This document shows positions 8,774 to 18,876 of a stretch of 64,000 nucleotides of DNA, piece after piece. The DNA is from Parcubacteria group bacterium GW2011_GWA1_56_13 (lineage in GTDB: Bacteria > Patescibacteriota > Minisyncoccia > Phycocordibacterales > Phycocordibacteraceae). The DNA is taken from positions 1,559 through 65,558 of the forward strand of contig LCRY01000002.1 in NCBI GenBank assembly GCA_001004905.1. Direction: 5' to 3'. The notes beneath the pieces are model-generated. The model searched no databases. It saw nothing but the letters and a program-made list of their open reading frames with translations, and was not told where the DNA came from. Both the position numbers and the translations under genes were made by a program. The number at the start of each line of letters is the position of its first letter. Positions within the stretch are counted from its first letter, which is position 1.

Positions 8774-9781
8774 ATGAAGCTCGTTATCGCGACACCGCTG
8801 TATCCGCCCGACATAGGCGGGCCGGCGACGTACGTAAGGCTTCTTGAGGACGGGCTGCCCAAAAACGGCATTGAGGTTGACGTAGTGAAATTCAGCGATG
8901 TCCGGCGCCTGCCGAAACTCATCCGCCATTACGTGTATTATCGGCGCGTCCTTCGCGTAGCGCGCAGCGCCGACGCGGTGCTCGCGCTCGATCCGGTCTC
9001 GGTCGGATTGCCCGCGATGAAGGCGGCGCAGAAAGCGGGGAAGCCCTTTGTGGTGAAGATCGTCGGCGATTACGCCTGGGAGCAGGGAGTGCAGCGGTTC
9101 GGCGTCACGCAGGAGCTTGATGCATTCGTGCAGAAAAGACAATCCTCCTGGTTCGTACGCCGGCTGCAGGCGATAGAGAAAAGCGTTGCTTTCGCTGCAG
9201 ATAAGGTCATCGTACCGAGCCATTATTTGCAGCACATCGTTGCGGCGTGGGGCATCCCGGAAGAAAAAATATCCGTGATACACAACGGCATCGAACTTCC
9301 GGAGCGCATACCGGAACGCCAGAAAAAGGAGGGAAAATTCCTCATCGTGTCAGCTGGCCGGCGCGTTCCCTGGAAGGGCTTCGAAGCAATCGAGCGCGTT
9401 GCGCAGAAACACGCACACTGGCACGTCTATATCGCTTCGGGCCTGCCGCGGGACGAGGCTCTCGGCTGGATAAAAGCCGCGGATGTTTTCGTGTTAAATT
9501 CACACTACGAGGGGCTCTCGCACGTGCTCATCGAGGCAATGGTAATCGGAACGCCGGTCATCGCGACGAACGCAGGGGGCAATGCGACGCTCGTCGTAGA
9601 CGGAGAGACGGGACTTCTCATACCTCCGGCAGACGACGCTTCGCTGGAGCGGGCGCTTATCGCGGTGGAGCACGATCCCGCGGCGGCGAAGAAGCGCGCT
9701 CGCGCCGCACAAAAACAAATGAATGATTTCTCAGTCCTGCATATGCTCTGGACGACGACGGAGCTTTTAAAAAAACTATGA
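8774..9781 (+). CDS. Glycosyltransferase family 4 (GT-B)
   Basis: NSHYEGLSHVLIEAMVIGTPVIATNAGG. Confidence 0.85.
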   Translation: MKLVIATPLYPPDIGGPATYVRLLEDGLPKNGIEVDVVKFSDVRRLPKLIRHYVYYRRVLRVARSADAVLALDPVSVGLPAMKAAQKAGKPFVVKIVGDYAWEQGVQRFGVTQELDAFVQKRQSSWFVRRLQAIEKSVAFAADKVIVPSHYLQHIVAAWGIPEEKISVIHNGIELPERIPERQKKEGKFLIVSAGRRVPWKGFEAIERVAQKHAHWHVYIASGLPRDEALGWIKAADVFVLNSHYEGLSHVLIEAMVIGTPVIATNAGGNATLVVDGETGLLIPPADDASLERALIAVEHDPAAAKKRARAAQKQMNDFSVLHMLWTTTELLKKL

Positions 9782-10923
9782 AAGTCATCTTCATTTCGAA
9801 TGACCCCACGATATTCGACGCCACAAGTGCTGTCCGCGCACGTATGCGCGCGTATGCCGCCCTGATGGCAGAACTTCATATCGTTTCCGCCGCCGGCCTT
9901 TCCGCGCGTGAAGAGCACGAAGGGAACCTACATCTCTATCCGGTGCGCGGATGGAAACTCTTCCGCGTGAGCGCGCTCGCGAAGCGGGCACACGCGCTCA
10001 TACTTGAAAAAGGGATCGAAATTGTTTCTGCGCAAGACCCTTTCGAGCACGGCCTTGCGGCGCTTCGAGCCGTGCGCGGCACGAGCGCGAAACTGCATAT
10101 TCAAGTGCACACGGATTTCCTGTCCCCGTGGTTCATTCGGAGCGGCAACTGGCGTTCCCCGCGCGTGCGCATGCCGCTCTTGAATCGCTATCGTCGGGAC
10201 ATCGCTGACCGCGTTCTGCCCGCGGCACATGGCATTCGCGTCGTTTCAGAACGGGTGAAGCGGTCGCTTGCCGCGCGCTATGGCAGCCGCATTCCCGAGC
10301 CCGCCATGATACCGGTCGCGGTTGATCCGGCCGTTCCCGAAGCGGTCCGGTTGCCGGCGCATCCGGGATTTACGTTCATACTTATTGCGGTCGGCAGGCT
10401 CGAACCGGAGAAACGGGTCGAGGATATTCTGGCGGCTCTGAAACTGGTCGTGCCACATTACCCGATGGCGGGACTGTTCATCATCGGGGAAGGGCGCGAG
10501 AAGAATCGGCTCCAACGTATGGTCAACCGCCTCGATCTCTCGAACAATGTGATTTTTGTCGAAGGATGGCTCCCGCCCGCGCAGGCCTGGGGAATGATGC
10601 GGAGCGCGCATGCCTTCATCCAGGCGAGCGCCTATGAGGGCTACGGTCGCACGCTCATCGAGGCGGCGCTCGCGAGGGTCCCTATCATCACGACCGACGT
10701 CGGCATTGTGGGAGAAGTATTCAAGGGATACGAAGAAGTACTCTCGGTACCGGTTGCCGATCCGACGGCGCTGTCGCTCGCCATCGTCGGGCTCATCGAG
10801 GATAATGCGGTCCGACAGGAGCTGCCGATCCGCGCCGAAGCCGCCGCCCGCGCGCATCTCGCGACTGTCGGCAATGTACCGGCTCGCGTTGTTGCCGACC
10901 TTGCCCGCGTCCTCGCGCCATGA
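9778..10923 (+). CDS. Glycosyltransferase family 4 (GT-B)
   Basis: SAYEGYGRTLIEAALARVPIITTDVG. ATGA overlap. Confidence 0.8.
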   Translation: MKVIFISNDPTIFDATSAVRARMRAYAALMAELHIVSAAGLSAREEHEGNLHLYPVRGWKLFRVSALAKRAHALILEKGIEIVSAQDPFEHGLAALRAVRGTSAKLHIQVHTDFLSPWFIRSGNWRSPRVRMPLLNRYRRDIADRVLPAAHGIRVVSERVKRSLAARYGSRIPEPAMIPVAVDPAVPEAVRLPAHPGFTFILIAVGRLEPEKRVEDILAALKLVVPHYPMAGLFIIGEGREKNRLQRMVNRLDLSNNVIFVEGWLPPAQAWGMMRSAHAFIQASAYEGYGRTLIEAALARVPIITTDVGIVGEVFKGYEEVLSVPVADPTALSLAIVGLIEDNAVRQELPIRAEAAARAHLATVGNVPARVVADLARVLAP

Positions 10924-11843
10924 AACTACTCGTCGTCACGCAGGCGGTCGATGTAGAAGACCCCGTGCTCGGGTTTTTCGTGCGCTGGATAGAAGAGTTC
11001 GCGAAGCATGCGGAGAACATCGAAGTCATTTGCCTCCGGGAAGGAGCGCACGCGTTACCGGCCAATGTCCGCGCGCATTCGCTCGGCAAATCCTCCTTCG
11101 CCAAGGCCCAGCAGGGCATAGGAACGCGCTTACGGTATGTGTTCAGATTTCTCTCGCTTGTGTGGCGGCTTCGTCGCGACTATGACGCCGTTTTCGTGCA
11201 CATGAATCCGGAATATATCGTACTAGGCGGCCTTTTTTGGCGGCTATTGCATAAGCGCATTGCGCTCTGGTATACGCACAAGAGCGTCGATTTGAAACTG
11301 TGTGTCGCGGAACTTCTTTCAAACATTATTTTTACAGCCTCAAAAGAGAGCTTCCGGCTCAAAAGCAGGAAGGTGCGCGTGATCGGGCATGGTATCGACA
11401 CTGTCTTCTTCACCCCCGACCCGAGCGTCGCGCGCGGCGACTGGTTGCTCTCGGTTGGGCGGCTCATGCCGAGCAAGCGGCACGACCTCGCCATTCGCGC
11501 GGCAGCAGGGGATGGTAAGGAGCTACGTATCGTTGGCGATGGGCCCGAGTGGGACCATCTTGAAGCGCTTACTCAGGAACTCGGTGCGCGTGTCCAATTT
11601 CTGGGAAGCCTGGATCAATCGAAACTGCGCGACGAATATCGTAGAGCCGCTTTTCTTATTCACACGAGCGAGACGGGGAGTCTCGACAAGGTAGTCCTCG
11701 AGGCCCTCGCGTGCGGACTGCCCGTCCGTACCAACGACCCGGCGCTTAAAGCGCTTGAGAGCGAAACCTTCGCGTACGTTCGGAAGTATCACTCGCTTGG
11801 GCGCCTAATTCCCGCTATGCTTCAGATATTTCAGATGCCATGA
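10920..11843 (+). CDS. GT4-like glycosyltransferase (short)
   Basis: HTSETGSLDKVVLEALACGLPV C-terminal GT-B motif. 307 aa. Confidence 0.65.
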   Translation: MKLLVVTQAVDVEDPVLGFFVRWIEEFAKHAENIEVICLREGAHALPANVRAHSLGKSSFAKAQQGIGTRLRYVFRFLSLVWRLRRDYDAVFVHMNPEYIVLGGLFWRLLHKRIALWYTHKSVDLKLCVAELLSNIIFTASKESFRLKSRKVRVIGHGIDTVFFTPDPSVARGDWLLSVGRLMPSKRHDLAIRAAAGDGKELRIVGDGPEWDHLEALTQELGARVQFLGSLDQSKLRDEYRRAAFLIHTSETGSLDKVVLEALACGLPVRTNDPALKALESETFAYVRKYHSLGRLIPAMLQIFQMP

Positions 11844-12466
11844 CCTACCAAGCCCAAGTCGGCAAATCGCATTATTCAGGCAAAGCGTACCGCTCTCTGG
11901 AGCGCTGGACTTCCTACTGGCACCAAATGGACCTGATGCGTCGCGCGAGCCCGCAAACGCTCCTGGAGATCGGTGTTGGCGATGGTGTGGCGGCACGCGA
12001 ACTGTCCGCCGCGGGCATATCCGTGACCACGGTGGATATCGCGGAGGACCTGGGTCCGGATGTCGTTGGTTCTATCACCGCACTGCCGTTTCCCGACAAA
12101 TCATTTGATGCGATCCTCGCGGCGGAAGTATTGGAGCATATTCGTTTTCAAGACGTACCGCAGGCGCTCTCGGAGATGCGCCGCGTCGCCCGCACGCAGG
12201 TCCTCATATCCCTTCCGCATCCCGGATACGTCTTTTCGCTTATCGCGAAAGTGCCTCTTCTGCGGCGCTTCTCGCTCCTCTTCAAGGTCCCCTTTTTCTG
12301 GAAGGAGCACTGTTTTAATGGCGAACATTATTGGGAATTGGGCAAGAAAACATTCTCTCTTCGCACATTCATGCGGCACGCGGAGAAGGCAGGACTCGAA
12401 CTCCTCGTTTCCCGTTCGTATGCGGATGATCCTTCCCACCGCTTTTTCCTTTTTAAAATCATATGA
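11840..12466 (+). CDS. Class I SAM-dependent methyltransferase
   Basis: LLEIGVGDGVAARELSAAGISVTTVDI (motif I). DKSFDAILAAEVLEHI. Confidence 0.75.
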   Translation: MTYQAQVGKSHYSGKAYRSLERWTSYWHQMDLMRRASPQTLLEIGVGDGVAARELSAAGISVTTVDIAEDLGPDVVGSITALPFPDKSFDAILAAEVLEHIRFQDVPQALSEMRRVARTQVLISLPHPGYVFSLIAKVPLLRRFSLLFKVPFFWKEHCFNGEHYWELGKKTFSLRTFMRHAEKAGLELLVSRSYADDPSHRFFLFKII

Positions 12467-13107
12467 GACGCTATTCTCTTTTCCACACGCTCCGCTACCT
12501 GTACGCCGGACAATCGTTCGCTCGCATTCTAATGAATTACGAACTTGCCCGGCACACTCTCCGGGGACGGGTCCTGGATGTGGGCGGAGGCAGAAATCCG
12601 GACTACTACGCGTATCTTCGCCGCGCGGGCGATGTATCCGTGGAAGTCATCGACGGAGCCCTTACAGGGATTGATTTTGAAAAAGACCCGCTGCCATACG
12701 GGAATCGTCATTTCGACACTGTCCTTTTATGCAACGTACTTGAGCACGTCTACGACCATCAGTTTCTTTTGAAAGAAATACGGCGTGTACTCGCGTCTCA
12801 CGGCACGCTCCTAGGGTTCGTGCCATTCTGGACTGGCTACCACCCCGATCCGCACGACTATTTCCGTTATACGGCTGAGGCCCTGCGGCGCGCGCTCTTC
12901 GATGCAGGATTCACCAATGTGGATATCCGCAGCGTCGGCAGAGGTCCTCTGCTTGCGAATTTCAACACCATTGTCCTTTCACTTCCGCGCTTCGCACGGC
13001 CGCTTGCGTATTGCGTATACGCAACGTTCGATGCGCTGTTCGTGCGGCTTCGTCCGCGCAGCATGGAACGCAATCCGCTTGGCTATCAATTCAACGCGCA
13101 TGTATAA
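12463..13107 (+). CDS. Class I SAM-dependent methyltransferase
   Basis: VLDVGGGRNPDYYAYL. HFDTVLLCNVLEHV. Confidence 0.75.
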   Translation: MRRYSLFHTLRYLYAGQSFARILMNYELARHTLRGRVLDVGGGRNPDYYAYLRRAGDVSVEVIDGALTGIDFEKDPLPYGNRHFDTVLLCNVLEHVYDHQFLLKEIRRVLASHGTLLGFVPFWTGYHPDPHDYFRYTAEALRRALFDAGFTNVDIRSVGRGPLLANFNTIVLSLPRFARPLAYCVYATFDALFVRLRPRSMERNPLGYQFNAHV

Positions 13108-14107
13108 AGTATTCATTCCAGAACCTCTTCCGAACATACCGCAGGTGGCGTTCATTGCCGACCGTTCGCAGGAGGGGAACAAGCTTTTTCAGACGATACC
13201 GCCCGATGCCTATAAAAATATCTTTGCCCGCGTACTCGACGCTACGCAAGCTGACATCGTCATAGCGCCGCATGAATACGTTCAATTACGCAACCATCCT
13301 TCATATCTGGCGCGCTGCCAAGACACAGCCCGCATGGCACATATTCCGCTTCTTGTTTCCGCCTATCAGGACGATGCGCGTCCGATTGCACTGCCGGGAA
13401 CATTCGTTCTCCGCCCCTCCGCCTATCGCACCGCGCTTTCCGCGCGCGAGATACTCATGCCGGCATACGTCGAAGACGTCGGGGCAGCATGGGGGATCGA
13501 GCCATTGCCAAAAGGAGAAAAGCCGATCGTCTCGTTTGTCGGGAAGGCCGACTTTTCGAGTTTGGGCGAGCGGATACGGTACGTCATCCGCAATTATGCG
13601 GTGCGCCACGGACCGCGTAAGCAGGGCATATACTTCAGACGCCACGCCCTCTCAAGTTTGGCGGCCGACCCGCGCATCGTGCTCAACACCATCGTCCGGA
13701 AGCGCTATTCGGCGCACAGAAACACCATCGAGGTTCCGCCGGCACAGGCACGGGCGGAATACATACGCTCGATCCAGCATGCACATTTCACGCTCGCTCC
13801 GGGCGGCGACGGCAATTACTCGCTACGCTTTTACGAAACGCTTGCGCTCGGACGGATACCCATTCTCATCGACACAGACATGCCCCTCCCGCTTCAGGAC
13901 CGCATCGACTATAACGCTTGCATCGTGCGCGTTCCCTGGCGGGACATAGCGCACATTGGCGACTATGTCATTCGTTTCTTTAATGACCGGAGCGAGAATT
14001 CTTTCATCGAGGCCCAGAAAAACGCGCGCAACGTCTTTGGATCCTACTTGTACATGCCGCGCTTTCTTGAGCATCTATTCGCCGACATACTGCCCAAGCG
14101 CGGTTGA
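13100..14107 (+). CDS. Exostosin (GT47)-like glycosyltransferase
   Basis: Start moved to ATG 13100 (MYKVFIPE). FTLAPGGDGNYSLRFYETLALGRIPILIDTD matches the exostosin C-terminal motif pattern (P-x-G-D-x-x-S-x-R-x-x-E-x-L-x-x-G-x-I-P-v). Confidence 0.5.
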   Translation: MYKVFIPEPLPNIPQVAFIADRSQEGNKLFQTIPPDAYKNIFARVLDATQADIVIAPHEYVQLRNHPSYLARCQDTARMAHIPLLVSAYQDDARPIALPGTFVLRPSAYRTALSAREILMPAYVEDVGAAWGIEPLPKGEKPIVSFVGKADFSSLGERIRYVIRNYAVRHGPRKQGIYFRRHALSSLAADPRIVLNTIVRKRYSAHRNTIEVPPAQARAEYIRSIQHAHFTLAPGGDGNYSLRFYETLALGRIPILIDTDMPLPLQDRIDYNACIVRVPWRDIAHIGDYVIRFFNDRSENSFIEAQKNARNVFGSYLYMPRFLEHLFADILPKRG

Positions 14108-14162
14108 TTGCGCAAGAATTCCCTTATACTATGTCTTCGTGTCCGCACCGAAGATCTGCCGA

Positions 14163-15584
14163 ATGATTCAGTTCGTGCTGCTTTGCGCAGGTGTTACGGC
14201 AATTCTATTCTTCTCATCGTTCCATTTGTTCGACAGCCCGGAAACATGGATGGACGAAGGACTCATCATACAGTCGGCGGTCGGACTTCTTCACACTGGA
14301 GAGGCCGCATTGCCCGTGGCGCCGGGCATTTTCGAGCCGGCGTGGTACATTACCACAGGTTTTCCTCTGACGCTCCCGCTTGCGGCAGCATTCGCGTTTT
14401 TCGGCGTGTCGCTTGAAGCCGCCCGCCTGGTGATGCTGGCGTTCCTATTATGTTTTTATGCGGTTCTCTTTCTATATGCACGCAGAGCCATAGGCGGCAC
14501 TGCCGCCTGGTTTGGGTTCTTTCTCCTTGTCTTTTTCGCTCCAATTTACGGCAATGGCCGCAACGTGCTCGGCGAAATTCCCGGGCTTTTGTTCATGCTC
14601 CTTGCATTCCTGCCGCTCTTGTATGGAGGGGAACTGACACGTACGAAAGTCCTGTGCATCGGCGCGGGAGCGGGCCTTGCGGTTGCCACAAAACCGATAT
14701 TCATTCTGTTCCTGCCAGCGTTGCTCGTTACGGCCCTCCTGCACCGCCGTGAATTCTCGTTGAGGACAGCGTTTCCGTTCGGTGCGCTTGGCGTTGCCGT
14801 TCCCCTTATCGTTTGGTTCTTTCTCCAGTTTGACGGGGTGGGAATTTCGCAAGTGCTTGCCATATACGCCAATCCGCACGCCGTCGACATCAAAAGCGCT
14901 ATCGCCGCTAATGTGCACCGGCTGTTCGCAGAAGGACAGCCGCTCTATTTCTTTATGGCGCTCGTTGCCTGGTGTGCCAGTTACGCCGTGCGCCGAATAC
15001 GCAGGGAAGCCGTTTCGTTCGCCGAAGAATCGCTCCTGTTCTTTAGCGTATTCGTGGCGTTCGCGTATCTGCGCACTGCGGGGTACTACCGTTATTTCTT
15101 TCCCGCCCAGATTTTCGTGCTCTTGTATCTTCCGCAGTCGGTCCTCTACCTCGCCCGGGGCCGTGCTCGCATGGTTTCCCTCGCCGTCATCGCCTGTCTC
15201 TGCGGACTCGTTCTGTTCCAGGCGTACGAAACGGCATTCCGTTCGTGGACGGCGGTACATTATAATTCGACGCGCACTGAAACGCTCGCGCGATATGTCG
15301 CCGGGCTCCCCGCCAAAGCGAAGATCTTCGTGTATCAGGCGCCCGAGGCCGTACCGTTCCTTTCGGGGCGCGCTGTGTACCAATATGCGGAGATCACTCC
15401 GACCATTCGCTTCGGAGAAGCATACGTTCCGCTCATCCTGTCGGGGGAAGTGCCGCGCATCATCACTCGCGCGGACCTCTTTGAAGCGCATCGGACCGAC
15501 CTCTTTGCGCACTACGTACTCTCCGGGGAAGCGGACGGCTACGCTATGCTGGTCCATACGGCCCTCTCGGGGCAATCACGATGA
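14163..15584 (+). CDS. GT-C fold integral-membrane glycosyltransferase (PMT/ArnT-like, family 39/83-type)
   Basis: Start moved to ATG 14163 (MIQFVLLCAGV). Multiple TM helices. First-loop DE motif SPETWMDEGLIIQSA, typical of polyprenyl-phosphate-sugar-dependent GT-C enzymes. Confidence 0.55.
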   Translation: MIQFVLLCAGVTAILFFSSFHLFDSPETWMDEGLIIQSAVGLLHTGEAALPVAPGIFEPAWYITTGFPLTLPLAAAFAFFGVSLEAARLVMLAFLLCFYAVLFLYARRAIGGTAAWFGFFLLVFFAPIYGNGRNVLGEIPGLLFMLLAFLPLLYGGELTRTKVLCIGAGAGLAVATKPIFILFLPALLVTALLHRREFSLRTAFPFGALGVAVPLIVWFFLQFDGVGISQVLAIYANPHAVDIKSAIAANVHRLFAEGQPLYFFMALVAWCASYAVRRIRREAVSFAEESLLFFSVFVAFAYLRTAGYYRYFFPAQIFVLLYLPQSVLYLARGRARMVSLAVIACLCGLVLFQAYETAFRSWTAVHYNSTRTETLARYVAGLPAKAKIFVYQAPEAVPFLSGRAVYQYAEITPTIRFGEAYVPLILSGEVPRIITRADLFEAHRTDLFAHYVLSGEADGYAMLVHTALSGQSR

Positions 15585-16006
15585 GCACACCAACTTTTTT
15601 GCTCCTTATCCGATACGGCGTCGCCGGCATGACAGGTGCACTCATCCAGACAAGCACGCTGTACATATGGGTCGACGTATTCCACTTTGAGGATTGGTAT
15701 CTCGTCGGGGCGGTAGTCGGCTTTCACCTGGCGCTTCTTGCGACCTTTGCGCTCCAAAAATACTGGACGTTCCGTGACCGCGCGTACGCCGGGATACGAA
15801 GGCAATTCTTTTTCTACACAATCATCGCGCTCGCGAGTCTCGGGCTGAACATCCTGTTCCTGCACACGAGCAAGCTCTTTCTTGAGCGTCTCGGGTTCGA
15901 TTTCTTCCACGGCTGGTATCTGCTCGCGCAGGTTGGCAGTATCGCTATTGTCGCCGCCACGAGCTTCGTCGCGAATTATTCTCTGACGTTCCGCAGGCCT
16001 GTATGA
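15581..16006 (+). CDS. GtrA-family membrane protein (flippase accessory subunit)
   Basis: 141 aa, 4 TM. FLLLIRYGVAGMTGALIQTSTLYIW and KYWTFRD GtrA signature. Confidence 0.8.
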   Translation: MSTPTFLLLIRYGVAGMTGALIQTSTLYIWVDVFHFEDWYLVGAVVGFHLALLATFALQKYWTFRDRAYAGIRRQFFFYTIIALASLGLNILFLHTSKLFLERLGFDFFHGWYLLAQVGSIAIVAATSFVANYSLTFRRPV

Positions 16007-16713
16007 GCAAGACGGTTATATTACTGCCGACCTATAATGAGCGCGAAAATATCCGGCTCATCGTGTCGGAGATATTCGCCGTCGACCCCCATCTCGGCGT
16101 CATGGTCATTGACGATAATTCTCCCGACGGAACGGCGGAAGAAGTGCGCGCGCTCATGCGGGAGTATCCGAATCTGCGATTGCTCTTGCGGCGGAGGAAG
16201 GAAGGGCTCGGCGAGGCGTATAAAGCGGGAATGCTTCAGACACTTGCCGATCCCGCCGTTGAGAGAATATTCACCATGGACGCGGACGGTTCGCATGCGA
16301 CGGAATATCTGCCTGACATGCTCCGCGCCGGCGAAACGCACGACCTTGTCATCGGGTCCCGATACGTACCGGGAGGAGGGATAGAAAACTGGGAGCCATG
16401 GCGATACCTACTCTCAGAATGGGGAAATTTTTACGCACGCACTATCACGGGGCTTGCTGTCCGGGACCTGACCGCCGGGTATATGTGCTTCCGAGCCGAC
16501 CTTTTACGCAAGATCGACCTGTCGCGTCTGCAGGCGTCCGGCTACGCTTTTCTCATGGAACTGAAATTTTGCGCCACTCGCTCGTTCAGGTGTAGCTTTA
16601 AAGAGGTTCCTATCCACTTCAAGGCCCGGAGGGGGGGAGAGTCGAAAATCTCCGGGCACATAATACGCGAGGGGCTTTCAACGCCATGGAAGCTTCGGTT
16701 TAAGAAAAAATGA
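16003..16713 (+). CDS. GT2 polyprenyl-phosphate sugar synthase (dolichyl-phosphate mannose synthase-like)
   Basis: VILLPTYNERENI. VIDDNSPDGT. MDADGSH (DXD). DLTAGYMCFR. Confidence 0.85.
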   Translation: MSKTVILLPTYNERENIRLIVSEIFAVDPHLGVMVIDDNSPDGTAEEVRALMREYPNLRLLLRRRKEGLGEAYKAGMLQTLADPAVERIFTMDADGSHATEYLPDMLRAGETHDLVIGSRYVPGGGIENWEPWRYLLSEWGNFYARTITGLAVRDLTAGYMCFRADLLRKIDLSRLQASGYAFLMELKFCATRSFRCSFKEVPIHFKARRGGESKISGHIIREGLSTPWKLRFKKK

Positions 16714-17582
16714 ACTGTCCGGTCTGCCGCGGTCCCGCACGTCCCCTGTATAAAAAAGGTAGATTTGATGTTGCTAGATGCACCCAGTGCAGGACTCTCT
16801 TTATAGAGAACCCGCCTCCCGACACCTCTGCCATATATGACGAAACATATTTTTTTGGAGGCGGCGGAAGCGGAGGATATGGCTCCTATGATACGGAAAA
16901 GGAGATGATGCGAGGCACCTTCGAGCGCTGCCTCGACCTTATTTCGCGTTACCAAGCAAAAGGAAATCTTTTTGATGTGGGGGCTGCCACCGGCTATTTC
17001 TTGACGCTCGCGAAAAGGCGCGGCTTTGGCGTTTCCGGCGTTGATGTCTCTTCTACCGCCGCACAGGAGGCAAGGAGAAAGGGAATTGACGTGCGGGTGG
17101 GAACACTCGAAACGATTGATTATCCGTCCGCCTCGTTCGAGGTGGTAACTTTGTTTGATGTGCTCGAACATGTGCCGCACCCAGATTCATTCATTAGGCA
17201 TGCTGCAGACCTGCTCGCTCCGGGAGGGATTCTTATGGGAAGCACTCCGGACAGTGGAAGCGCATACGCGCGTATCATGGGCAGACGCTGGCATCTGCTC
17301 TTCCCCCCGGAACATTTGGTGCTGCTCAACGACTATAGTCTGCGCCTGCTGCTTTCCAAGCATGGACTGGAGACAGTATGGACTGGCCGCATCACGAAGC
17401 GCTTCAGTTTACCCTACATTTTTCAAACGACGGCCCGCTGGCTCGGCGTCCCATTGCTGAATCGGATAGGGAACATGCTCCGCGGCACGCGGCTTGGGGC
17501 ACTCGCTATACCGCTTGATTTGCACGACAATATATTTTTTGTGGCGCGCAAAAAGACACCACCGGCACCGGCTCCTTGTTAG
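16710..17582 (+). CDS. SAM-dependent methyltransferase with N-terminal zinc ribbon
   Basis: CPVCRGPA...CTQCRTLF zinc ribbon. LFDVGAATGYFLTLA motif I. Confidence 0.75.
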   Translation: MNCPVCRGPARPLYKKGRFDVARCTQCRTLFIENPPPDTSAIYDETYFFGGGGSGGYGSYDTEKEMMRGTFERCLDLISRYQAKGNLFDVGAATGYFLTLAKRRGFGVSGVDVSSTAAQEARRKGIDVRVGTLETIDYPSASFEVVTLFDVLEHVPHPDSFIRHAADLLAPGGILMGSTPDSGSAYARIMGRRWHLLFPPEHLVLLNDYSLRLLLSKHGLETVWTGRITKRFSLPYIFQTTARWLGVPLLNRIGNMLRGTRLGALAIPLDLHDNIFFVARKKTPPAPAPC

Positions 17583-18424
17583 CGCCACGCGAAGATCATG
17601 TAGGCATGCGCAACATCGCGGTTGATTATTTGATGCGGCTGGGAGGTGGATTTCACAAAAGTGCGGAATCCCGCTGATTCGAGTAGCGCAAGCATTTCCG
17701 AGAGCGGCCGCGTGAAGGAACCGGGAATATAGTGGTATTCAAGCTGTATCGTCTCCACCTGAGAGAGCTTCTTTCCCGTCCGCAGTTCTTCAAGAACGTC
17801 GAATTCCGGCCCTTCAATATCAAGTTTAAGCAGGTGTACCGTGCTGACGATGTATCGCGAGAGGGTATCGACTTCTATCTGATAGGAATGCTGTGGGCGG
17901 TTTTTCTTCCCCGCGTGGTTCGCTATGCTCCCGCTACTGCTTGTCTCTTCCGTATCATCAACAAACAGATTTGCCGTGCCCCTGCTCGCGCCGAGGGCAT
18001 AGGGGAATACTCGCACATCCTTTTCCCATCCGTTCGCCTGAATATTCTTCTCGAGGACTGTCCGGGCCGCAGGATTTGGCTCGAAACACTGAACGTGGGC
18101 GCACGGAGCGCGAAGTTTGATATAGAGAAGCGAAACGCCTATATTGGCTCCGCAGTCGATGACCTCTATCGGTGCATCCGTCGGGCCGATGAAATAAGTC
18201 TCCTTGAAAAATATCTCGGTAAAAAGTCCGACAAACGAGTCAAGAGAAGGAAAGTAAAAAACATGTGGTCCGACGGGGACGCGCGCAAGCAAACCCTTTT
18301 TCGGCGGCCGAAGCTTGTTCCGCAGATGCGCGAGCGCGAACGCAACCGTTGCTTGAGAGCCGAGAAGCGTGCGGAGCTTTAAGAAATAGTCTATATGGCG
18401 GGAGAATTTCACTTTGGTGGTCAT
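17579..18424 (-). CDS. FkbM-family methyltransferase
   Basis: Only convincing minus-strand gene inside the locus. IDCGANIGVSLLY and LKLDIEGPEFDVL FkbM motifs. Overlapping plus ORF 17732..18382 is Arg-rich and judged spurious. Confidence 0.8.
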   Translation of the reverse strand: MTTKVKFSRHIDYFLKLRTLLGSQATVAFALAHLRNKLRPPKKGLLARVPVGPHVFYFPSLDSFVGLFTEIFFKETYFIGPTDAPIEVIDCGANIGVSLLYIKLRAPCAHVQCFEPNPAARTVLEKNIQANGWEKDVRVFPYALGASRGTANLFVDDTEETSSSGSIANHAGKKNRPQHSYQIEVDTLSRYIVSTVHLLKLDIEGPEFDVLEELRTGKKLSQVETIQLEYHYIPGSFTRPLSEMLALLESAGFRTFVKSTSQPHQIINRDVAHAYMIFAWR

Positions 18425-18443
18425 TTTAACGCATTTCGTCGAA

Positions 18444-18452
18444 TGCTACTAT
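18444..18452 (+). promoter_or_regulatory. Extended -10 element for leaderless GtrA transcript
   Basis: TGcTACTAT, 6 nt upstream of ATG 18459, in the 34-nt divergent gap. Confidence 0.3.
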
Positions 18453-18458
18453 GGCGGC

Positions 18459-18857
18459 ATGCGTGTTCTGAAATTCCTTGTCGCCGGCGCAACGGGCGTC
18501 AGCGTGAACCTCGGTATCTTTCATGTGTTGTATGTGGCCGGCATTCCATATCTGGGAGGCTCTGCCATCGCCGTCCTTCTTTCCATGACAGTCGGCTTCC
18601 TACTACAGAAATACTGGACGTTCGAGGATCGGACGCCGGAGCGCATGCCCGTGCAATTTTTCCAGTACGCAATGCTCGCACTCGGCAATGTGGCGTTCAA
18701 TACCGCCGTCATATATATTCTCATCGGCAAGCTTGGTGTTTTTTATCTATTTGCGCAGGCGATCGCCGCGGCGATCGTCGCGACGTACAGTTTTTTCGTC
18801 TATCGCCTATTCATTTTTAGGTCGCGGGTGGACAGTGGAAAAGTAGCGGGATTGTGA
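18459..18857 (+). CDS. GtrA-family membrane protein
   Basis: Start moved to ATG 18459 (MRVLKFLVAGATGV); the track start 18414 is a TTG. KYWTFEDR GtrA signature. Confidence 0.8.
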   Translation: MRVLKFLVAGATGVSVNLGIFHVLYVAGIPYLGGSAIAVLLSMTVGFLLQKYWTFEDRTPERMPVQFFQYAMLALGNVAFNTAVIYILIGKLGVFYLFAQAIAAAIVATYSFFVYRLFIFRSRVDSGKVAGL

Positions 18858-18876
18858 TTATACTGAACACCATATC

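Noticed and set aside
8540-9283. 247-aa minus ORF across two GT4 genes
   Set aside because: Antisense to two motif-supported GT4 genes. Arg-rich artefact.
14472-15575. 367-aa minus ORF
   Set aside because: Antisense to the multi-TM GT-C gene. Highly charged and Arg-rich with no domain.
17732-18382. 216-aa plus ORF
   Set aside because: Antisense to the FkbM methyltransferase, which carries clear family motifs. It is the artefact of the pair.
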